Shown here: piece after piece, positions 7,623-13,305 of the stretch
How positions within the stretch are numbered: the stretch's first letter is position 1
Layout of the letters: each line of letters opens with the position of its first letter
The notes under the pieces: generated by a model
What the model was told of the DNA's origin: nothing
Databases searched by the model: none
What the model saw: only the letters and a program-made list of their open reading frames with translations
Source of the DNA: an uncultured Terriglobales bacterium
GTDB lineage: Bacteria > Acidobacteriota > Terriglobia > Terriglobales > Acidobacteriaceae
DNA length: 41,636 nucleotides
Direction of reading: 5' to 3'
NCBI GenBank assembly: GCA_964424245.1
Contig: CAYRII010000001.1
Location: forward strand, 1-41,636
Position numbers and translations under genes: made by a program

Positions 7623-7994
7623 ATGGAACTGGGAGCTTTCTCTGTCAGCCTGGCGGTAAAAGATATCGAGGTGTCGAAGCTCTTTTACCAAAAGCTGGGT
7701 TTTACGGTTTTCGCAGGAGATCAATCGCAGAATTGGCTCATCATGAAGAATGGCGCCCACGCCATTGGGTTGTTTCAAGGCATGTTCGACAACAACATTC
7801 TCACCTTCAACCCGGGCTGGAGTAGCGAGGCTCAGCCACTCAAGGAGTTCACGGACATTCGAGAGTTGCAGCGCCAGCTCAAAGCTCGTGGCGTAAACAT
7901 GATTGCAGAAGCAGACGAAAGCTCCACCGGCCCGGCCAGCCTCATGATTGTGGATCCGGATGGAAACACGATTCTGTTGGATCAACACGTTTAG
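7623..7994 (+). CDS. VOC-family (glyoxalase/bleomycin-resistance fold) protein
   Basis: AGGAGG (7611-7616) sits 6 nt before the ATG. Motifs: FSVSLAVKDIEVSKLFYQKLGF, LMIVDPDGNTILL. GC is clearly lower than in flanking genes (hand count 29/60 at 7741-7800). Confidence 0.75.
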   Translation: MELGAFSVSLAVKDIEVSKLFYQKLGFTVFAGDQSQNWLIMKNGAHAIGLFQGMFDNNILTFNPGWSSEAQPLKEFTDIRELQRQLKARGVNMIAEADESSTGPASLMIVDPDGNTILLDQHV

Positions 7995-8350
7995 GCAACT
8001 TGGCGGTTGGAGTTTCTGTTTGCGCAGCGACGCATAACAATGCCTTGCAGCGGACGCGCCGGACGGCGCGCCGCTGAAGGCGAGCGTCGGCTCCTCAACA
8101 ATCGCCGCCAAGAACGGCTATTCCCGACAACTGTCGGCGGCGATGCTGCCACCGCTGGAACTCGCCCATCAAATAGTCGGGGATCGCCGCCGAAGCAAGT
8201 CTCTGAAACTTGCAGGATTTGCCTCACGTTTGGCAGATCGGTCCTGCCTCGTCGGCTAGTGTCTACGAATGCCTCTCCCGCACGAGGCTCGCCACGCACT
8301 TGGCCGTATTACGGGCAACTCGTCCTTTTGCAGTAACATGAGCCACCCCG

Positions 8351-8485
8351 ATGGAGCGGGCCGGTATGGTCGGACGCGCAATTTCCCATTACAAAATCCT
8401 CGAGAGGCTGGGTGAGGGCGGGATGGGGTGTGGACCTGCTTCCTCAATCTCTTCTAAAGCAACAACTTCCATCATTCTGAGTTAG
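8351..8485 (+). pseudogene. 5' stub of a Ser/Thr protein kinase gene (truncated right after the Gly-rich loop)
   Basis: The 44-codon ORF MERAGMVGRAISHYKILERLGEGGMG|CGPASSISSKATTSIILS* matches a kinase N-terminus (compare the intact kinase at 34158: VSHYRITGMLGAGGMGVVYRA). It loses similarity after GEGGMG. There is no VAxK, HRD or DFG downstream. Confidence 0.6.
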
Positions 8486-8595
8486 ACTGAAGTTCCAGGG
8501 AACAGTAGGAGGCAGCGCTTGACACCCGGCGTGCATCCAATCTCCCAACGACCAGGTTCGGCGGTAGGAAACAACAAAATAAGGGGGAAATTCAA

Positions 8596-9240
8596 GTGAA
8601 GAGTCTAGCTGAGTTCAACCGTGTCCAGGTGATCTTGGCACTCGCTGCTGTGGCTTTCTTGCCCACGGCTCTTTGGGCGCAGGAGCAGGGCGAGGACCAG
8701 CCGGCTGTGACGCTGCAGGAAGTGAAAGACCGCCTGAAGGAGAACAAGAAGTTTCTGGAAGAGGCGCGTACGCGTGGGAAGGCGGGCGATGCGCCCGGAT
8801 TGCAGGTCGCCCTCGACAACTACAACCGCGGCATGGAAGGTCTGGATAAGGCTCTCCGCCAGGACCAGTTCGAGGGTGACGAGTTTGCGAGCGTGGACGC
8901 CCTGGAGCGGGTTGAGAAGGCGACTCGCAAGCACGGCGAGATCCTTGCCGATCTTTTGAACAAGGTGCCGGAGCAGGCTAAGCCCGCCATCGAGGGCGCC
9001 ATGGAGGTCTCTCAGCGGGGCCGCACCACGGCGCTGGCGAAGCTTGCGAATGCGCGCGCCCAACGGGACGCGGCAAGGGTGCGTCATGAGCAGGCCGGAC
9101 AGATGGGCGCAGGGAACCGGCCCGCTACCGCCGGTCCGCCCAGCGGTGTCGGTCAGCCGGGCGGCGTGGGAGGTCCACCCAGCGGCGTAGGACAACCCGC
9201 AAAAGCCGGTCCGCCCAGTGGCAAGCCGGGCCCTCATTAG
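8596..9240 (+). CDS. Secreted helical protein of unknown function with C-terminal GPPSG repeats
   Basis: GTG 8596 lies 7 nt after GGGGGA (8583-8588). The signal-like N-terminus is VQVILALAAVAFLPTALWAQ. The body is charged and helical, and the tail is Pro/Gly-rich. Confidence 0.65.
   Translation: MKSLAEFNRVQVILALAAVAFLPTALWAQEQGEDQPAVTLQEVKDRLKENKKFLEEARTRGKAGDAPGLQVALDNYNRGMEGLDKALRQDQFEGDEFASVDALERVEKATRKHGEILADLLNKVPEQAKPAIEGAMEVSQRGRTTALAKLANARAQRDAARVRHEQAGQMGAGNRPATAGPPSGVGQPGGVGGPPSGVGQPAKAGPPSGKPGPH
9133..9234 (+). repeat. Three in-frame copies of a 27-nt unit encoding GPPSGVGQP / GPPSGVGQP / GPPSGKPGP
   Basis: GGTCCGCCCAGCGG starts at 9133, GGTCCACCCAGCGG at 9172 and GGTCCGCCCAGTGG at 9208. 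All are in the reading frame of the 8596 CDS. Confidence 0.85.
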
Positions 9241-9414
9241 AAATGCATAGGGGGGTGCCAGCGGCTTGCGCCCCCTCCTCACTCCCCTGATTCTCAAGTA
9301 GCTGCCCAGAGCATCGGCACAATGGTACCCGGGAAGGGTTCCTTCGCCGGCATGGTGTACCCTCGTTCGCGCCGTGCGCTTCGGCGGTAACGTGGGAGGC
9401 TAGACCAGCTAATT

Positions 9415-9656
9415 ACCGCGCGCCCGGTAAAGGGAATCTCCACTTTGCCTCGACGGGGCCTGGAGAAGATGTCGCCGTCCTCGTAATAGCGGGAGAAAAA
9501 GGTATAAAGGTCGTTGTAGACGCTCGCGTGTAACTCTTCGGCTACGCGCCCAGCTTTGGCTTTCTGCTCCGGTCGAGGCCAGTACCCTAAGTCGTCAAGT
9601 GGACGATTAACGGCCTTCTCGGAAACTGAAAGGTCAGTGCGTCGAAACCAGTGCTT
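9415..9656 (-). pseudogene. Stub resembling the N-terminal region of a large Eco57I/COG1002-type (type IIG-like) DNA methyltransferase
   Basis: This minus-strand stop-to-stop frame has no start codon: ..EKAVNRPLDDLGYWPRPEQKAKAGRVAEELHASVYNDLYTFFSRYYEDGDIFSRPRRGKVEIPFTG... The LH..(V/L)...L..FFSRYY.(D/E)GDF..RR....IP(Y/F).G segment matches a conserved N-terminal block I recall from these enzymes. Similarity ends near 9415, and upstream sequence continues only in other frames. Confidence 0.35.
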
Positions 9657-9681
9657 TCAGCTCTGCAAAGTCGTAGACATG

Positions 9682-9711
9682 CCTCGTCTTCTAAATCCTC
9701 GTCTTCTAAAT
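9682..9711. repeat. Perfect 15-bp tandem duplication (CCTCGTCTTCTAAAT x2)
   Basis: 9682-9696 is identical to 9697-9711, read directly from the sequence. Confidence 0.95.
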
Positions 9712-9843
9712 CAATGACTTCCAAGATATGAGCAGAACAGGGGCCAGCACTAACCCGCTACCAGGCAGCGCGCGCACGAGAGTCAATGAGGACTATGGCA
9801 GGCGACAGCATCGGACTGCCCTCCTGCCGCCCCAATTTTCTGC

Positions 9844-9873
9844 TTGACAATGGCCCTTCTTGTTTGATATCAT
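9844..9873 (+). promoter_or_regulatory. Orphan near-consensus sigma70-type promoter in AT-rich relic DNA
   Basis: TTGACA (9844-9849), an 18-nt spacer, then TATCAT (9868-9873). No credible plus-strand gene follows it; it faces the 3' end of hbd. Confidence 0.3.
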
Positions 9874-9955
9874 GTATTTTTGTTGCTTATCACTACGCTA
9901 AGTCTAGTATTTCCACGATTTTCCCCGTAACCCCTTTCAGGAGACGAATTTACCG

Positions 9956-10003
9956 CCCCGTTTTCGCTAACTTGATGATTCCGGCTATTTTGCGAAAACA
10001 GGG
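9956..10003 (-). terminator. 12-bp hairpin just 3' of hbd (candidate 3' stem-loop/terminator, no U-tract)
   Basis: 9956-9967 CCCCGTTTTCGC pairs with 9992-10003 GCGAAAACAGGG. There is one G-U on the minus-strand RNA, but a C-A mismatch on the plus strand. The loop is 24 nt, and the hairpin begins 23 nt after the hbd stop. Confidence 0.3.
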
Positions 10004-10025
10004 GGGAGGGGGGTACCGAGGCCGG

Positions 10026-10898
10026 CTACTTGGCCGGCTTCTGCTCGGGATATTCGTAGACGCCCCGGCCGCTCTTGCGCCCCAGGCGGCCGGCCTTGAC
10101 GTACTGCACCAGCAGCGGCGCCGGGCGGAACTTTTCTCCCAGCGACCGGTGCAGGTATTCCAGGATGTGCAGGCGCGTATCGAGCCCCACCAGGTCCACC
10201 AGTTCGAAGGGCCCCATGGGGTGATTCAGCCCCAGCTTGAGCGCCTTGTCGATGTCCGCAGCCGTGGCCACGCCCTCCTGCAGCATGTAGAAGGCCTCGT
10301 TGCCGATCATGGCGTTGATGCGGCTGGTGATGAAGCCCGGCGACTCCTTCACCACCACCACTTCCTTGCCCATGCGGCGGCCCACATCGACCGCCGCGGC
10401 CAGGGTTTCTTCATCGGTTTCGAGGGCGCGCACAATTTCCAGCAGCTTCATCTTGTGCACGGGATTGAAGAAGTGCATGCCCAGGCACCGGGGCGCGCGG
10501 TAGGTCACCGAAGCAATCTCGGTCACGCTCAGAGACGACGTGTTCGACGCCAGAATGGTCGCCGGCGGGCAAATCTTGTCCAGCAGGGTGAAGATCTCGA
10601 TCTTCGACTCGATTTCCTCGGGCACGGCCTCAATCACCAGGTCGGCGGCGCGCGCCGCTTCTTCAATCGACGACGCGTACTCCAGGCGCCCGAGCGCAGC
10701 GTCGGCTTCGGGACGCGCCACCTTGCCCAGTTCCACTGCCTTGTCCATGTTGGCGCGGATTTCGCCCTCCGCGCGCCTCAGGCTCGCAGGCAGGATGTCC
10801 TCGAGGATGGTGCGGTAGCCGCCCAGCGCGGCGGCATGCGCAATGCCGCGGCCCATGATGCCCGCGCCGATCACCGAGATGGTGCGGATTTCCGCCAT
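10026..10898 (-). CDS. hbd: 3-hydroxyacyl-/3-hydroxybutyryl-CoA dehydrogenase
   Basis: The start is MAEIRTISVIGAGIMGRGIAHAAA (Rossmann GxGxxG). Motifs: NTSSLSVTEIA, GMHFFNPVHKMKLLEIV, PGFITSRI, GLNHPMGPFELVDLVGLD. The track ORF extending to 11501 is an in-frame open extension that I rejected. Confidence 0.85.
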   Translation of the reverse strand: MAEIRTISVIGAGIMGRGIAHAAALGGYRTILEDILPASLRRAEGEIRANMDKAVELGKVARPEADAALGRLEYASSIEEAARAADLVIEAVPEEIESKIEIFTLLDKICPPATILASNTSSLSVTEIASVTYRAPRCLGMHFFNPVHKMKLLEIVRALETDEETLAAAVDVGRRMGKEVVVVKESPGFITSRINAMIGNEAFYMLQEGVATAADIDKALKLGLNHPMGPFELVDLVGLDTRLHILEYLHRSLGEKFRPAPLLVQYVKAGRLGRKSGRGVYEYPEQKPAK

Positions 10899-11083
10899 CA
10901 CTGCTCTCCCTGTTCCAGTTTTTCCAGCACCGAGAGGTAGCTGGGATCGGAGCGGCGCATGTACTCCGCCAGTTGCGAGCGCTCTTCCTGGGTCATGAAG
11001 GGAAAGTTGGCGGTAATGCGCCGCAGCGTGGCCGCGATGTCGTCCACGTAGTTCATCATGCGTATGATTTCGCCGGTTGTCAC
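10898..11083 (-). CDS. Hypothetical 61-aa protein, translationally coupled to hbd
   Basis: GTG 11083 lies 8 nt after GGAAGGAG. The translation is VTTGEIIRMMNYVDDIAATLRRITANFPFMTQEERSQLAEYMRRSDPSYLSVLEKLEQGEQ. Its stop shares a base with the hbd ATG (TGATG at 10896-10900). Confidence 0.5.
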   Translation of the reverse strand: MTTGEIIRMMNYVDDIAATLRRITANFPFMTQEERSQLAEYMRRSDPSYLSVLEKLEQGEQ

Positions 11084-11206
11084 CGTGATGGCTCCTTCCT
11101 GCGCGCGCGCCGCGAAAAGCGCAGCGCCGGCGGGAAAATGAATCCGTATTGTGCGCGACCCCGCGTTGCGGAGTAAAGCAGCGCTGCCGGAAATCCCGGG
11201 CTGCGC

Positions 11207-11212
11207 GATAAT
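11207..11212 (+). promoter_or_regulatory. -10-like hexamer GATAAT placed for a leaderless hemerythrin-domain transcript
   Basis: GATAAT (11207-11212) is followed by 6 nt and then ATG 11219. There is no SD. The -35 is weak (CTGCCG). Confidence 0.3.
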
Positions 11213-11218
11213 AGCAGC

Positions 11219-11701
11219 ATGCTGCGCGATCCCAGCCTGGTACCGCTTTCGCACCAGCACCAGCACGCGCTGGCGCTCTGCGTCTTCCTGCACCGCGCCC
11301 GCGAGGCCGGCGCGCCGGACCTCGCGCACTGGAACCAGGAGATTGCGCGCGCCTTCGAGCAGGATATCCACGCGCACTTCGAGGCCGAAGAAAACATCCT
11401 CTTTCCCGCGGCGCGCAACGTCTCCGCGCTGGTTCCGCTGGTGGAAGAGCTGCTCGCCGAGCACGCGCTCCTGCGCGACTATGCGCAGCGTGCCGCCTCA
11501 AGCGAGCTCGAGGCTGATGACCTGCCGGCTTTCGCCGCCCTGCTCGACGACCACATCCGCAAAGAGGAGCGTCAGCTCTTCGAGCAGATGCAGGAAGCGC
11601 TTCCCGGGGAAACGCTCGCGCAGTTGGGCGCGGCCATCCGCGATCTGCTGACCGCGCGCGGCGCGGGCGCAGCCTGCGCTCTGCCCTTACGCAAATCCTG
11701 A
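11219..11701 (+). CDS. Hemerythrin-like (HHE cation-binding) domain protein
   Basis: His/Glu-rich motifs are spaced as in hemerythrin-like domains: LSHQHQHAL, DIHAHFEAEENILFP, DDHIRKEERQLFE. Confidence 0.7.
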   Translation: MLRDPSLVPLSHQHQHALALCVFLHRAREAGAPDLAHWNQEIARAFEQDIHAHFEAEENILFPAARNVSALVPLVEELLAEHALLRDYAQRAASSELEADDLPAFAALLDDHIRKEERQLFEQMQEALPGETLAQLGAAIRDLLTARGAGAACALPLRKS

Positions 11702-11708
11702 GCGGAAT

Positions 11709-13244
11709 TCAGGCGGAGAACTCTTCGTCCTCGGCGGCAACGGGCGGGACTTCCGGCAAGCGGTCGGCGACCTCGGTCATGGCGGCCAGCTTGCGCGCCA
11801 GCTTCGCCGTGAGCGCGCGCTGCGTGAAGCGCCAGCACCAGTTGCCCCTGCTGCGGCTGGGCACGTTCATGCGCGCCTCGCTGCCCAGGCCGAGCACGTC
11901 CTGCAGCGGAACGATGCACAGGTCGGCCGGTGAATCGAGCGCGGCGCGGATAAACGCCCAAGGCATGCCGTCGGCGTCGGTGCCCAGGTAGGCTTCCGCC
12001 TGGCGCTTCACCTCGGCGCTGGCGCCGTTGTTCCACCAGCCCAGCAGCGTGTCGTTATCGTGCGTGCCGGTGTAAACCGCGGTGTTGGTGTCGTAGCGGT
12101 GCGGCAGGTAGATGTGCGCGCCGGGATTGTCGAAGGCGAACTGCAGCACGCGCATCCCGGGAATGCCCAGCCGGTGCCGCAGCGCGTGCACCTCGTTGGT
12201 GATGTAACCCAAGTCTTCGGCCAGCAGCGGCAGCTCGCCCAGCGCGTTGCGCAGCGCGTGGAAGAACGCGTCCCTGGGACCGTCCACCCAGCGGCCGCGC
12301 GTGGCGTCCGGTTCCTGCGCGGGGATTTCCCAGTACTGCTCGAAGCCGCGGAAGTGGTCGATGCGGACCAGGTCGCAGGTGGTGAGCGCGTGGCGCACGC
12401 GTTCCACCCACCAGTCGTAGCCGCGGGCGGCGAGCACGTCCCAGCGATAGAGCGGGTTGCCCCAGCGCTGGCCGGTGGCGCTGAAGGCATCCGGCGGAAC
12501 CCCGGCGACGGCTTCCGGCTCGAGGTTCTGGTCCAGGCGAAAGATCTGCGGGCGGCTCCACACGTCGGCGCTGTCGTAGCTGACGAAGATGGCGAGGTCG
12601 CCGAGAATGCGGATGCCGCGGCGGCGGCACTCGGCGTGCAGCGCGCGCCACTGCTCGAAGAAGAAGAACTGCACCACGCGCCCGAGCTCCAGTTCGGAGG
12701 CCAGCTCGGCGCGGGCCAATTCGAGCGCCGCAGGATCGCGGCGCGCCAGCTCGCGCGGCCAGCGGTTCCATGCCGCTTCCTGGTGGCGCCGGCGCAAGGC
12801 ATCGTAGAGGACAAAGTCCTCGAGCCATCCCGCCTGCTCGAGGGAAAAGCGCGCCAGGCGCTCGCCATCGGCGGGCCCGGCGTGCAGCAGGAAGTTGCGC
12901 GCGGCCTCTTCGATCAGCGGCATCTTGCGCGCGCGCACGGCATCGTAGCGCACGCGCGAGACCACGCGCGGCAGTTTGCTGAGGCGCGCTGCAGGAAGCC
13001 AGCGGCGCTCAACCAGCCGCTCCACGCTGATGCAAAGAGGATTGCCGGCGAAGGCGGAGGTGGCGGAGTACGGCGAGTTGCCGTAGCCCACCGGACCGAG
13101 CGGCAACACCTGCCACAATCCCTGGCGCGCGCGGGAAAGAAAGTCGAGAAAGTCGTAGGCTGCCGGGCCAAGGTCGCCGAGGCCGCCGCGCGAGGGCAGC
13201 GACGTGGGATGCAGCAGGATGCCGGAAGTGCGCGCAAAAGGCAT
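11709..13244 (-). CDS. malQ: 4-alpha-glucanotransferase (amylomaltase)
   Basis: Motifs: SGILLHPTSLPSRGGLGDLG, NSPYSATSAFAGNPL, GDLAIFVSYDSADVW, YTGTHDNDT. Confidence 0.9.
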   Translation of the reverse strand: MPFARTSGILLHPTSLPSRGGLGDLGPAAYDFLDFLSRARQGLWQVLPLGPVGYGNSPYSATSAFAGNPLCISVERLVERRWLPAARLSKLPRVVSRVRYDAVRARKMPLIEEAARNFLLHAGPADGERLARFSLEQAGWLEDFVLYDALRRRHQEAAWNRWPRELARRDPAALELARAELASELELGRVVQFFFFEQWRALHAECRRRGIRILGDLAIFVSYDSADVWSRPQIFRLDQNLEPEAVAGVPPDAFSATGQRWGNPLYRWDVLAARGYDWWVERVRHALTTCDLVRIDHFRGFEQYWEIPAQEPDATRGRWVDGPRDAFFHALRNALGELPLLAEDLGYITNEVHALRHRLGIPGMRVLQFAFDNPGAHIYLPHRYDTNTAVYTGTHDNDTLLGWWNNGASAEVKRQAEAYLGTDADGMPWAFIRAALDSPADLCIVPLQDVLGLGSEARMNVPSRSRGNWCWRFTQRALTAKLARKLAAMTEVADRLPEVPPVAAEDEEFSA

Positions 13245-13305
13245 GCCAGGGTCACCAGGGCTCAGCCTGTGTTACGAAAGCCGGCGAGATGCAAACGCGG
13301 GCGCC

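Noticed and set aside
7995-8350. Track ORFs 8007..8336(+) and 7991..8299(-) in the gap after the VOC gene, plus a minus-strand frame with in-frame stops (..PICQT*GKSCKFQRLASAAIPDYLMGEFQRWQH..).
   Set aside because: There are no recognisable motifs, the composition is junk-like and no SD is present. The interrupted minus frame might be another gene relic, but I cannot tie it to any family, so I do not report it as a feature.
8351-9656. The idea that the kinase stub and the methyltransferase stub are remnants of one Pgl/BREX type 2-like system (PglW kinase plus PglX methyltransferase).
   Set aside because: The kinase stub has the generic N-terminus of the abundant housekeeping-type kinases of this genome type, not a PglW-like architecture. 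The two stubs are on opposite strands and separated by an unrelated intact gene. No PglY/PglZ-like remnants are visible. The methyltransferase block I recognise is not the one I recall for BREX PglX.
10899-11501. An N-terminal extension of the hbd ORF to 491 aa (track ORF 10026..11501), and the 188-aa version of the small upstream ORF (10898..11464).
   Set aside because: The extensions are Arg/Ala-rich junk overlapping the divergent hemerythrin gene. The dehydrogenase family starts at the Rossmann fold (MAEIRTISVIGAGIMG). The small ORF has a good SD only at GTG 11083.
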